Origin: Eledone cirrhosa | Lineage: Eukaryota | Assembly (NCBI GenBank): GCA_964016885.1 | Contig: CAXHJY010001618.1 | Coordinates: forward strand, 32,042-96,041 | Direction: 5' to 3' | DNA: 64,000 nt | Shown here: piece by piece, positions 41,951 to 55,933 of the stretch | How positions within the stretch are numbered: the first letter of the stretch is position 1 | How the letters are laid out: the number at the start of each line of letters is the position of its first letter | Made by a program: the position numbers and the translations under genes | Notes under the pieces: model-generated | The model's input: only the letters and a program-made list of their open reading frames with translations | Databases searched by the model: none | Told to the model about the DNA's origin: nothing

Positions 41951-43741
41951 TGTTTTCCTGAAAGAACTTCTTCAGCGTTTGATCCTTCACCCTCCACTTT
42001 CAGTTTCAAACCCATCCCCTTCTTCTCCCGCTCCCTGTGTACCTTAACTATAATGTACTTCTGAACCGTTTCATGTTTGATGTGTGCAACAGTCCTTTAC
42101 ATTACATCCCCTTAACCAACATACACAATCACCTCCACCACTACTTGTAGCATCACTGACACCTCCGCAACCATCACCAATACCACCATCATCAAATCCA
42201 AAATTTCTATCACTATGACGACCGCTACCGTTACATCCAGTATCACAATACCACCATCACAATACCACCGCAGGCACTATCACCCGCACAGCTACCAACA
42301 CCGGAACTGCGCTGTCAGCACCACCACCAACAACACCACATCCAGAATCACAACCCCTATTACAAATACCACCACCACCACCACCACCATCATCATCTCC
42401 ACTATCACAACTACAAACCCAGCTACCTCCACAACAACAACAACAATTACTATGACAGACAACCACCAAAATAATAACGAGTCTATCATTCTTAACAACA
42501 GAGAGAGCTTCTACTTTGTTGAATGATGTATTAGATATAATAGCCAAATTTCCTCATCACATTTCTACCGTATTAAAAACGTAAATAATACACAGTCGAC
42601 ATTGTAGTTGGTGATATACTTCAAAAGACAGGATGGTCGAGGAAGGAATATCTTTGATTGTGTGTCAGCTCTGCTCAATCAGGATTGATCTGGGGTTAAA
42701 CAATAACATGAACAATCATAGAAGCGGCGAAACAATGGCGTTAAGTGTGGAGACTCTAAAATGGCGAACGTCATGAACATTAACAAGAGCAAGTGAAATA
42801 GGAGGATGAAATAAGTAGTATTTAAAGACCACTTTAAATGAAAACAGCAACAGCAACAACAATGTTAGAAGAGAAAAGGACGAATGTCTAAGAAATAGAT
42901 GGCCTGGTCTGAATCAATGAAATTACTTGGTTAGGGTATCTCAGACAAAAGAATGTTGTAATGTGTTCACAGAAAATGTTTAATTAACGCAATAATTATA
43001 CATGGCGTTGGGGAAAAAATGTTGTCGCTCAATCAATATGAGAACGTTAATTGTGCTAACACTCTTGAGAACTTCTTCAATTGAACGACAGCTACAACAA
43101 CAGCTTCAGCATGAGCAATAACAACAATGTTAACAGCAATATAACAAAAACAAAAATGAAAAACCAGCAATACCAACAACAGAACAACAAACAACAGCCA
43201 TAAAGCAGCATCAGCAACAACTTCATTAAAAATATCAACAAAATCGATCAGGAAGAAAAACAAGTAACTGCAACTATAAAAGCGACAACAACAAAGACAA
43301 CACTGACAGCGTCATCAGCAATAACAACAACATTACAAATAACGATATAAACCAACATCCACCTCATCAACAAAACCAAGCTATATCTAGCAACAACTAC
43401 AGCCGAAATTACAAATAAAACAGATAAAGATACGAATTTAAACAGAAAAAACTCCCCAAACATGAGAGTGTCTAAAACAATAAATGTAAGAATGAAATGA
43501 AGATTTAAATGAAAGAAAGTGGAAACGAATCAACCATGAAATAAACTAATCAACCAGCGATCAATGTACCCGACAATGCAATTAACCACTTAATCACTTA
43601 ACCCACTCAACCAACCAATCAACGTGCAAGCCAATAAGGGAACCTCTCAGTTTTCACACGTCCTGCTAATAAACCGCCTTGCAAACAAATATCCCTTAAA
43701 GCAGCAATCGTGATCTTTAAGTGGGCATATTACAATGTAAA

Positions 43742-44252
43742 CAGGTGTCTGCAAACCTTTTAAGGAGGTAGGCTGGTTTGGGAATGTTTCTTTTTTTTGT
43801 TTTTGTTTTTACCTTGCGGGCCAAGGTGAATACAGAATGAATCCTTGATCATAGAAACAGCTTGTGTTTAATTATTTAATGTTTTTCATTATAAGCAATA
43901 AACGTAGAATGAAATATATACTTTTCAATAAAATAAATATACGTTTACCTATTCCTTTAGGAAAATGCAAACATATACTGTTTAAAATATCACACATGCG
44001 TAAACTTACCTTTTTTGAACAAATTATGTAGTATCGCATTTTTTTTAATGATTTTTTTTAAATAAAAAAAAGCAAAAATTAGAATATGTTTTGATTCGTT
44101 ATTGAATTTTATTGTTAGCTAACAAAAATTAGATAATGAGAAAAAAGGAACATTTCTGTGTAACGACATATCTTCCAGGAAATATACAGGTCGGATTAAA
44201 TGAAGTTGTGCGCCAATCACTGGTTTAAACCGGTGATTGGCGCACAACTTCA
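43742..44252. mobile_element. hAT-like MITE ending in a 52-bp palindrome
   Basis: Starts CAGGTGTCTGCAAACC..GCGGGCC; palindrome 44201-44252 is centred on GTTTAAAC. Confidence 0.45.
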
Positions 44253-44444
44253 CCAGTAAAAAATGCCATTAAAGAACTAAACTACATATTAAATATTTCG
44301 TCTAGACATTTCCAAATAATGAATAGAGTATTAAAGGTAATTTTAGGATATCCTTCTATTGCATCTTTTTATTTTTTTACTGCACTCTTTTCTTTTCGGC
44401 CAATCCCTCATCAACTTTTTCAAGCTTCACTTGGAAAGGAAGTT

Positions 44445-44800
44445 GGCGGTGGGGAAAAAAGTGTTACCTCCAGTACATTTGCTAAAAAGTGGGTGAATGT
44501 GGCGAGGATGGCTCGGGTGGGCATCATTGGGGGCATGCGACTGTAGGCTGGCTAATTTGTGGAGGAGAGAGGTATTCTTCCCGAGGAGTGCCCTCGAAGC
44601 AACGGGTGGTTCAGGATTGACGGGGTACCTGAGACGACCCTGAGTGGTTATCCCCACTATTGGGGAAATTTGTTGTTTGTATTTTTCGTGATTATTGTTA
44701 TTGTTTTTATATTGTTTACTCAATTTGTTTGAAAACTCCATTGTCCCTGTCTTTTTGTATTGTCCCATATCAAATCCATTTTATTCTCTTGATACAAATG
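44445..44800 (+). mobile_element. Tx1-like 3' end fragment
   Basis: TFAKKWVNVARMARV..MRL* plus a 3' UTR similar to 37070-37350. Confidence 0.7.
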
Positions 44801-45799
44801 GTAAACACCCCCCACACCCCACGCCCCACACACATAGCACAAGACAAAAGATTAAATTCTATATCCACACCTAAACTGACCTTTCGAATACAATTGAACC
44901 CCACTTTAATACCCCCCCCCACACACATACACATTAAAAATGCCATCTGGCCATTAGTATGAATTGTAAGAACATTTTCTATGTTTAACCAAGTGAATCC
45001 AATTGAATTCCCGATCTGTTGAACACCACCTCTACCTTTGCATACACACCTTCATAAAGAACATATATATACGAAGTTTGACAGAAATCTGACAACTGTT
45101 CAAAGAATACATGAAACATTTTATTATCATAATATAATAAAGGAAGGAGTGCGGGACTGCGTTCTAAATATATATTTTTTATCCCGTTTGTAAAATAAGT
45201 TGAATTACTTTGAATAAATATTGAATGAATATTATATAATTTATGTACTAAATTTCATAACTCTTGATTAAATATAAATAATTTTGCTTAGTTCAAGATT
45301 CACTTTTTTAAAATTTTCAAATGTCAACACTTCCAGTTAGCGTCCGTTATGTTATAACACTTATCACATCGCTTATATAAACGTTCATATATTTGCATCG
45401 TTATATATGGTTTATAATTCCGTCGCTAAATTTCTCCTAATGCAGTTTATATATAATATCGTCTTTTTTAAATGTATGATGGATTACTTTACTAATTGCA
45501 GTCTCTCTTCAATTTCTGTGCATATTCTCAATTACGATTTTATTTGACGTATCATAACTACATGCATATATATTTGCGTATAATATCAATATGCAGATTA
45601 CACATGCTAGCAGAAAACGACTCGAAGGGTGGTTTTGCTGCTATTATGTTTAATGTTTGATAAGATTGTTATACCAATCGAAACCGGTTTGATTTAATTC
45701 AACAAAGAAAAAATGTTTAAATATACTTCTGTGCATTTTCCCCTTGACTTTTTAACTATAACCTATCTTTTGAAGAGAAACTTACCCTGCTTTTTCAAC

Positions 45800-45839
<40 letters not shown>

Positions 45840-46649
45840 AGAAACAGGGGCTGTGTAGTTGCTGGATAAAGTGTATTTATGAATAAGAGGAAAGCACTAA
45901 CGGGAGAAACTTTTCCTTTATCAGTTGTCTGCTGGGGTTCATATTTCTACGCATTAAAGACAAGATATCTAACCCCAGTGCGTCAATAATTAAAGGAAGT
46001 TATTGGGAAATAAAAGAGACAGAGAAAAAAAAATATAACAGAAGGGAAGAAAAAGGAGAAAAAAAAACAGCGAAAAAAAACAGGAAACAACAAACTGAAG
46101 AGGTAAACCCTAAGCACATGTCTGTGAGTAACTCGAGGAGAGAGAAAATATATATATATATATTTAAGAAAATTAACAGAGGAAGAACAAGACAACGAAC
46201 AGAAACAAAAGAAAATGAAAAATAATTTTTAAGGACAAACCTTAAACATTTTTTTTTTTTAATGTGTGTATGTTTGTGTGTTTACGTGTGTGTGCATGTG
46301 TATGTGTCTGAATTATAGCCACCATTCACAATCAAGGTTTACATGGTAGCAATATATACCATGATTTTATTTATAGCGTTCTGTCTGAGCATAATTCTGA
46401 GCGGACATTCACTTGATCCTCCCAGCTGTGACAAAGCGGAATCACCACGATGTGACAGTTGGAAGGACTGAAGGCATCTATTGATCCCGAAAGGATGAAA
46501 GTCAAAGTTGACATCGTAGGATTTGAACTCACCTCACACAGACCTAGAAAGAATAGTGTAATAAATTCCATCCGATGCTCTAGTGATAATGCCAAATATT
46601 CGCTCTACCCTCATGCATTTACACACACACACACACCCACACACACACA

Positions 46650-46701
<52 letters not shown>

Positions 46702-46991
46702 CTCTCACACACACACACACACAAAAACACACACACACAAACACACAGACACACACAAACAGACACACACACATATATATATGTGTGCTTGTGTGTTTGT
46801 GTGATTATGTGAGTGTATGAATATCTATGTATGTATTCATATATGTTTCTATGTATGCATGTACGAACGTACGTTTGTATGTATGCATGTATATATAAAT
46901 GTATGTATGTATGTATGCATGTATGAATGCATACATGCTTGTCTGTAGGTATGTATGCATGCATGTATGTATGTATGCATGTATATTTATA

Positions 46992-47600
46992 TGTCAGGTC
47001 ACCAGTTGGTGCTACTGGTAACATGTATCCCAGTACAAGCTGTCTCATGGTCGGGTCGTTGGCGACTAAACTGGCAACCCCACCAAGGTTTCTTGGTGAG
47101 GAGGTTGACTTTGGACATCCCGCCGGACTAAAAACAAAATCTGTCAAAGGGAAAAAGGAGCTCTTAAGAGTCAATGGCCATCCAAAATCACCGGGAGAGA
47201 TGATCCCTTAGCCTTTGTCAAGGCAGAATTCTAGGAGAAGGAAAACTCTGATATAACACCTCCAACCCTGATGGTATCCAATGATGTTGACTTGTTCTTC
47301 TTTTTGGTAAATATCATCTTGGTTAAGAGAGTGGGACTGGCTTTGTGCAGTGCCTTTGCTCACTATAAAAGCTCCACGGCACAGGCATTGCTTTATATCT
47401 GGAGATCTCTCTGCACTTGTCGTCACATGGTACCATGGGCCCAGCACTATGTGTCAATAATTGTCACAAGTGTAGTGTTTGTCCCAGAGTTTTCAAGTCG
47501 CTGGCTGGACTAAAAAGTCACACTTGTTCAGCGCATCGGTAGGGGTTCTCCTACATGGATATAAAGTAGTGGTCGTACTCGAAAACGAGTTGGCAGCCAC
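46992..47600 (+). mobile_element. Longest copy of the bipartite RTE-derived non-autonomous element
   Basis: Contains the RTE 5'-region-like motif CTAGGAGAAGGAAAACTCTGA and the same RTE-like 3' end as 21270-22070. Confidence 0.75.
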
Positions 47601-47709
47601 AATATTTATATATATATATATGCAGTCATGTATATATGCATGTATGTATGTATGCATGCATGTATATATGTATGTATGTTTGAATGTATAAATGCATGCA
47701 TGTATGTAT

Positions 47710-47746
<37 letters not shown>

Positions 47747-47882
47747 AAGTTATATTTAAAATTGTTGGGTTACAACTAGTACATATTTATAAAAGGCATA
47801 GCATATTGTTAATATGATATCCCCGAAATATATATAATGAAATAAATATGGTTTTATAAATATAGTTTTCCATTTATTTAAT

Positions 47883-47953
<71 letters not shown>

Positions 47954-47984
47954 AGATCAAAAGATGGTTAAAGGAGTTCAATAT

Positions 47985-48053
47985 ATTTTATTATGCGCAT
48001 TTCAAAAACAAACATCATCAAACAATAATATTTGTGTTTTCATCAGATAAAAC
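47985..48053 (-). ncRNA. Hammerhead in the inverted pLTR
   Basis: Reverse complement of 52805-52873. Confidence 0.8.
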
Positions 48054-48938
48054 AGGAGAACATGATATGAAGGCTAAAAAAACACTTGTTGATAGTGCAG
48101 TTTTAAATCAACATATGAAAAGTGGTTTTAGATTGATGTGTGATATTGGGAAAAATATTTTATTTAGAGAGGGGGAGGAGAGAAAAGGATGAAAAGGGAA
48201 GGAGATGAGAGGGAGAGATGGGTGATAGAGAGAAAGAGATAGTTTTTATAACTGAGAGGAGATATATTTTATATAGAGGGGTTGAAAACCGTTGGAAGAT
48301 ACTGTATAAATTAAAAATTTTGAAAATTAACGAAGGGAGGATATGTGCGAGGAAAAAATATATTATATTTAGGGAGGGGGGGGAGGGGGGTTGGAAAGGA
48401 TGAAAAAAAGGGGAGGAGATGAGAGTGAAGGTGGAAAGGGAGAGATGGGTGATAGAGAGAAAGAGATAGTTTTTATAACTGAGAAAAAGATATAATGTTT
48501 TAATATAGAGAGGTTGGGAACCGTTGGAAGATAATGTATAAATTAAAGGAATTTGAAAATTAACGAAGGGAAATTATGTATGAAGATAGAGAGAAAAAAA
48601 TAATAATTGTGGGTGAATATTCTAACGTCAAAAGAAGAAATGTAGGAATATCCTCCCTTCGTTAATTTTCAAAATTTTTAATTTATACAGTATCTTCCAA
48701 CGGTTTTCAACCCCTCTATATAAAATATATCTCCTCTCAGTTATAAAAACTATCTCTTTCTCTCTATCACCCATCTCTCCCTCTCATCTCCTTCCCTTTT
48801 CATCCTTTTCTCTCCTCCCCCTCTCTAAATAAAATATTTTTCCCAATATCACACATCAATCTAAAACCACTTTTCATATGTTGATTTAAAACTGCACTAT
48901 CAACAAGTGTTTTTTTAGGCTTCATATCATGTTCTCCT

Positions 48939-49007
48939 GTTTTATCTGATGAAAACACAAATATTATTGTTTGATGATGTTTGTTTTTGAAATGCGCATA
49001 ATAAAAT
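48939..49007 (+). ncRNA. Type I hammerhead in the 5' pLTR
   Basis: GUUUUAU CUGAUGA [ACAAAUAUUAU/AUGAUGUUUGU stem] GAA AUGCGCAU A AUAAAAU. Confidence 0.82.
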
Positions 49008-49212
49008 ATATTGAACTCCTTTAACCATCTTTTGATCTTATATTATGCATACTCCAGTCCCACAAACTGTAGAGTGCTTCTTATCCGATATTTGCATTGC
49101 TTTATTGTACTACAATAAAACTCACCTCCTACATTAACTTGCTCCTTAACGGTTGAGCGCTTACTCTCATATTGGATACCTTTTGATGGTCCTTCACCTC
49201 TTCTTCTACAAC

Positions 49213-51608
49213 ATGGATTATTACAACATAACCAATTCAACTAAAGACATTCCTATACCTGGTAAATCTGAATTCACCAAACTTCTTATTGAAAAAACTG
49301 ACTCCTTCGTAAGAAGACTTAGATGGACAGCCTATTTCTATGACCAGCGCCTAAAAGGGAACTTTCATACCAAAGAACACAACTTCCTCGATCATCTTTT
49401 TAATTCCAGACGAAATCCTCCTTCCAACAAAAATCTAGCACAATTCGAGGAAGAATTAACTAAAATTATAAAAAATCTTAAATTCAAGAGATACCCTTAC
49501 AAAGGATAAGAGCACCTTGTAAATCTCAAGAACACAATCTCTAACCTAAATTCCTCAAAAAATGTTTTAGTCCACTCTGACAAAACCAATAACCTATATG
49601 GTATTTCCAAGGATAATTATAACAACCTTATCCTAAAGGAACTTAGGAAAAAGTATCGTAAAACCAACCATGAAAATTTAGAATGCATAAACCTTGAAGC
49701 CTATGAGATTATGTCAAAACTTGGCATTGAAAAAAAGACCGAACCATTCCTCCCAAGAACTCCGAGGATAAATCTCAAGGATCACAAAAACAATTTTCGC
49801 ACTGAACTACCTGTTAGATTAATCGCCCCCTCTAAATCTGATCTGGGGGTTGTTAGTAAAGCCATCTTGGATAGGATTATCCCACAGGTTAGTTCTAATT
49901 GCTCTTCTTTAAACCTAAATTTATGGTTTGGTACTTCTGAAGTGATTGGCTGGTTCAACAAATTAGATAATAAAAACAAACTAAAATTTATTCAATTCGA
50001 TATTGCCAGCTACTATTCCTCCATTTCGCCTTCACTTCTCAATAATGCTCTATCTTTCGCACTTAAATATTCTGACATCACCACAGATGAACTTCACATC
50101 ATCCTCACCGCACGTAAAACCATCCTAGAGTTCAACAACGAATATTGGACCAGAGCCGATACCTCTAACAACTTCGACATCACAATGGGAGCATCCGATT
50201 CATCCCAATTGACTGATTTAATTGGTATCTTCATTTTGAACTCTTTGAGTCGGAAAATTCCTCAACTTTGCGGTGGAATTTATCGTGACGATGGACTCTT
50301 TACTATCCTAAATTGCAATATAGTTAAACTTAATATTATTAAGAACAATATACGTAATCTCTTTAACCAACATAACCTAAAAATTGAATTTGATAATAGT
50401 ACCAAACTAGCTAATTTCTTGGATGTATCTCTTAATCTTGACACTGGCCTATATTACCCTTACCATAAAAACAATGAGAATCTTAATTATGTTAACTTTA
50501 AATCTAACCATCCTACCAATATCAAGAATGCTATAGTTAATAATATTGGAAATAGAATATCTAACATATCTTCTAATAAAAACATCTTTGATGCTAACGC
50601 CAATTACTATAATAACGCACTTTCTAAAGCCGGCTATCCAGATAAAATCAAATATAATAAAGAAACAAATTCTAGGAAAACTTACAGTAGAATATTTAAT
50701 CATAACCATTCCAATAATTTTAATAAAAGACCTAGATACAAAAACATAATCTGGTATAATGCTCCTTTCTCCATCTCTATTAATAACAATATTCCTAAAT
50801 TATTTTTTAGTGCCTTAAATAAATGCTTCCCTCCCTCACATATCTATAGTAAAATATTTAACAAACACACCATCAAATTTTCGTATTCTACATCCTCCAA
50901 TATTTCCAACATCATCTCTAAACACAACAACAAAATATTAAATACTAAATCTCTTCCTTCCAATATTGAATTTCATAATAACAGTAATAGTACTCCTGAC
51001 GTCATTGTAAACCCTAGGCTAACTTCTGTAAACCCAAATGCAACGTCAAACACAACTTCGCTAAATGTTCATAATCCAACTCTAAATCAAGAAACTATTA
51101 TTCCTATTATTCCTATCGCAAACAACTTCTCCAATCCAATTCCTTCTATAGATAACACTAGATCACTCATTAATAATCTCTCCAATTGCAACTGCCGCAT
51201 TAAAAATAAATGTCCTCTCAACAACCATTGCCTCGATAAAAACTTAATTTATGAATGTAAAATTATAACTAGCACCAATTCCTTCACCTATTTTGGCTCC
51301 ACTTCCACCTCTTTTAAAGCTCGTCTCTATAATCATCATTCAAATACAAACTTAAAAGAACTAACACTGCTCTCTCAGAACTCATATGGTCCTTAAAAGA
51401 CAAAAACATTAAATATAACATCTTTTGGAAAAAGATTTCTTCTGCATCCTCATACTTGAACAGCTCTCTATCTAAAATCTGTAATCTCTGCCTAAATGAA
51501 AGATTTACCATTATCTCTAACCTAGAATCCATAATAAATAGACGCTCAGATTTGTTTTCTATCTGCCTGCATAAATTCCATAGAACTTTTCACAAAGTAT
51601 ACAGTTAA
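49213..51608 (+). pseudogene. PLE reverse transcriptase / GIY-YIG endonuclease ORF with one in-frame stop (49507) and one frameshift (about 51340)
   Basis: STKDIPIP, RRLRW, HSDKTNNLY, LKDHK..PVRLIAP, QFDI..YY, MGASD, GIYRDDGL, NFLDV, SNHP, CNCRIKNKCPLNNHC, YFGST..FKAR..H and CNLCLNE..NRRS..CLH. Confidence 0.92.
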
Positions 51609-52804
51609 TATTCAATTCTTTATCAATTTAGAATCTTTTCTCAAAGGCACATATACATACACCTCTTTAAAATATACCCATCTACCTTACTTTAAAGGGC
51701 ATTATACACTCTATAATACTCGTTTACTCATTACGCTCATTCTATCTTCTCGTAAAACAATAACATTTGTTTTTGACATTTTGAATATTCATCCGCAATC
51801 ATTATTATTTTTTCTCTCTATCATAAATCTTTTTAATCTCAATTTCATCCTTAATTTATTATTATATATTTTTTTAATATATACTCATATATTCTTTAAA
51901 ATATACCCATCTACCTTACTTTAAAGGGCATTATACACTCTATAATACTCGTTTACTCATTACCCTCATTCTATCTCCTCGTAAAACAATAACATTTGTT
52001 TTTGACATTTTGAGTATTCATCCGCAATCATTATTATTTTTTCTCTCTATCATAAATCTTTTTAATCTCAATTTCATCCTTAATTTATTATTATTTTTTT
52101 CTCCCCATCAACGAACTCATTATTAATACATATGAATTCAATATACAAACTTTAACTTCACATTATTTTTCTCAAATCCTTCTACACATAAACTTTTTCT
52201 CTTTGCTAATTTTAAAATTCCTACATTTCTTCTTTTGACGTTAGAATATTCACCCACAATTATTATTTTTTTCTCTCTATCTTCATACATAATTTCCCTT
52301 CGTTAATTTTCAAATTCCTTTAATTTATACATTATCTTCCAACGGTTCCCAACCTCTCTATATTAAAACATTATATCTTTTTCTCAGTTATAAAAACTAT
52401 CTCTTTCTCTCTATCACCCATCTCTCCCTTTTCACCTTCACTCTCATCTCCTCCCCTTTTTTTCATCCTTTCCAACCCCCCCTCCCTAAATATAATATAT
52501 TTTTTCCTCGCACATATCCTCCCTTCGTTAATTTTCAAAATTTTTAATTTATACAGTATCTTCCAACGGTTTTCAACCCCTCTATATAAAATATATCTCC
52601 TCTCAGTTATAAAAACTATCTCTTTCTCTCTATCACCCATCTCTCCCTCTCATCTCCTTCCCTTTTCATCCTTTTCTCTCCCCCCCCTCTCTAAATAAAA
52701 TATTTTTCCCAATATCACACATCAATCTAAAACCACTTTTCATATGTTGATTTAAAACTGCACTATCAACAAGTGTTTTTTTAGCCTTCATATCATGTTC
52801 TCCT

Positions 52805-52873
52805 GTTTTATCTGATGAAAACACAAATATTATTGTTTGATGATGTTTGTTTTTGAAATGCGCATAATAAAAT
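52805..52873 (+). ncRNA. Type I hammerhead in the 3' pLTR
   Basis: Same sequence as 48939-49007. Confidence 0.82.
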
Positions 52874-53000
52874 ATATTGAACTCCTTTAACCATCTTTTG
52901 ATCTTATATTATGCATACTCCAGTCCCACAAACTGTAGAGTGCTTCTTATCCGATATCTGCATTGCTTTATTGTACTACAATAAAACTCACCTCCTACAT

Positions 53001-53032
<32 letters not shown>

Positions 53033-53252
53033 AGAGTGTGTGCCTTTACCTGTTTCTATGTGCGCTCCTTTATTGTATGTTTGTTTATGTATATCAACGC
53101 ACTTATCCACGTGTCAATAAAATTCGCTCCAATTTGATGTGATGCGTCCATTGAAACTGATAGGTTATTATGTCCTTATAGTCATCTTGCTCTGAATACA
53201 CACATCACATACGTGTGCATGTGTACGTATGTGTTCATATATATGTTCCACT

Positions 53253-53290
<38 letters not shown>

Positions 53291-53505
53291 CACAGACACA
53301 CAAACACTCACATGCACACACACACATACATAACTTTTGTTTCCTGTTGTGATTGCTATAAGTGTTATGTGTCTAGAAATGGTCTTCGCTGATGGATTCA
53401 ATAAGATATGGACGCTTGTTTGCCACTTGGAAATAAAATAAAATAGCGTCACAAAGACAACGACAAACATACATACGTCAATCTAACAAATATGAAAAAA
53501 AAACG

Positions 53506-53600
<95 letters not shown>

Positions 53601-53605
53601 ATGTA

Positions 53606-53650
<45 letters not shown>

Positions 53651-53655
<5 letters not shown>

Positions 53656-54949
53656 AAAACATGTCTATAGAATCACAAGATAAACTATATATTATTTCCT
53701 CTCCCAATTACCATAATTAACCATATAAAAAATCAAATAGACTAGGCTATATGAATGAGGCTTCTATGAAGAAATCTCCCACAAATAACCGAAACTAGCC
53801 CTTCGCGTCGGCCGTAGCGGAATATTTATCGAATATTTCGACAGCGTAATCGCCCAGATATAGTCAACTAAACAGAATTAGGTGTAAAATAAACTAGGAG
53901 AAAATAGAATAGATTTAAATACCTCTACCATGGTTTCGTCCGTATTTTGAGTTTTCCAATAATTATGTAATAATTATATAAACTCGAGCGCCGGATTCAT
54001 CAGGAAGCTCGCTCTTATCTACACACTAAATTTTTTAAAGTGATCGCGCCAAGAAATTCATTTCAAAATGGCTAAAAATCGTGACGTATTCGCGGTCAGG
54101 TTGGAAGGGGTGTGGTAGTTGCTTACGACTGGTGGCATTTTTGCTAGAAAGCACAGCACAATACAGCCAAATTTGTATCTCAACCTAATGGGAGATTATT
54201 ACATATAAAAGTTTACATATATACATACATATACATATACGTGGCTCAATGAAAAATTTATAAATGAAACAATCAGAGCTATATATCATAAAACATGTCT
54301 ATAGAATCTCCAATTAGGTTGAGATACAAATTTGGCTGTATTGTGCTGTGCTTTCTAGCAAAAATGCCACCAGTCGTAAGCAACTACCACACCGCTTCCA
54401 ACCTGACCGCGACTACGTCACGATTTTTAGCCATTTTGAAATGAATTTCTTGGCGCGATCACTTTGTAAAATTTAGTGTCTAGATAAGAGCGAGCTTCAT
54501 GATGAATCCGGCGCTCGAGTTTATATAATTATTACATGATTATTGGAAAACTCAAAATACGGACGAAACCATGGTAGAGGTATTTAGATGTATTCTATTT
54601 TCTCCTAGTTTATTTTACATCTAATTCTGTTTAGTTGACTATATCTGGGCGATTACGCTGTCGAAATATGCGATAAATATTCCGCTACGGCCGACGCGAA
54701 GCGCTAGTTTCGGTTATTTGTCGGTGATTTCTTCATAGAAGCCTCATTCTTATAGCCTGGTCTATTCGATTTTTTATATGGTTAATTATGGTAATTGGGA
54801 GAGGAAATAGTATATATTTTATCTTGTGTTTCTATAGACATGTTTTATGATATATAGCTCTGATTGTTTAATTTATTAATTTTTCATTGAGCCCCAAAGT
54901 GACCAGTTGCAAAATACGTATATGTATATGTATGTATATATATATGTAA

Positions 54950-54950
<1 letters not shown>
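53651..54950. mobile_element. Large inverted duplication of a non-coding HHR-bearing element
   Basis: 53651-54197 is approximately the reverse complement of 54303-54850; the spacer holds inverted copies of the element end and its flank. Confidence 0.85.
53922..54007 (-). ncRNA. Type I hammerhead with extended stem II (the mirror copy at 54495-54580 has C3->A)
   Basis: CUUC CUGAUGA A-UCCG..GAGUUU..AAACUC..CGGA-C GAA ACCAUGGU A GAGG. Confidence 0.75.
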
Positions 54951-55005
<55 letters not shown>

Positions 55006-55070
55006 CAAATTTATATGGGAACAAAACAGAGAGGCAGACAAATAAAGGTTTATTAGGTTCACGCTATATA

Positions 55071-55106
<36 letters not shown>

Positions 55107-55272
55107 GTGGTAGAACACTGGGCGGTAATAACCGTGGTAAGTGGAACAGTCAGTCCATAGGACGAGTTCGGTATAAAGTTAGTTCCACTACAGTTAGCAA
55201 ACCATATTCGTGGACACGTGTTTCACCCCATGGATTGTCATCTCGAGCTGACAATCTTGGCATATATATATA

Positions 55273-55472
55273 TACAAATATTGTTATACTTGGGGAGGGT
55301 CATATTTGTGTAATAATATTGCCAGAAATAATAACAGAACACACTCACTTTGAGTGAACAGTAAGTGTGTTCTGTTATTAATTCTGGCAATATTATTACA
55401 CAAATATGACCCACCCCAAGTATAACAATATTTGTTTCGACACACGATTTCGTATCAAAAACCTCGCAAAAC
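55273..55472 (+). mobile_element. Fold-back insert in (TA)n
   Basis: Inverted arms of about 70 bp at 55273-55345 and 55361-55435. Confidence 0.7.
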
Positions 55473-55754
55473 TATATATATATATTAGTAAAAGGAAAAG
55501 AAAATGCTGACAAATTTTTCCCAGTGAAAAATAGTTTAATTAGGAATAAGTATAAATTAGTAATAAGTATTGGTAAGTATTCAGTTTTAGTTTTAAGTTT
55601 TTACCGGTTGCGCATTTCTAATGCTTTTCAAAAATAATTTTGAGATAGACCGCTCGTGATGTTTGCTCTAATCTGTATATATATATATATATATTTCAAA
55701 AACATACTTACATGTTTATGTTTATAATTTGCTTGTATATATATATATAATTTG

Positions 55755-55841
<87 letters not shown>

Positions 55842-55865
55842 GCTAGCTAGCTATCTATATATATA

Positions 55866-55933
<68 letters not shown>

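Larger units (their letters stand above)
47948..53001 (+). mobile_element. Near full-length Naiad-type Penelope-like element with inverted and direct pLTRs, inserted in (TA)n
   Basis: 47948-48648 is the reverse complement of about 52217-52910; 48648-49135 matches about 52514-53001; RT-GIY-YIG ORF in between; three HHR copies; (TA)n on both sides. Confidence 0.95.

Noticed and set aside
51180-51600. Selenocysteine recoding, as reported for some Naiad PLEs
   Set aside because: The conserved Cys positions here and at 5850-5900 and 63150-63200 use TGT/TGC, and the in-frame stop at 49507 is TAA, not TGA.
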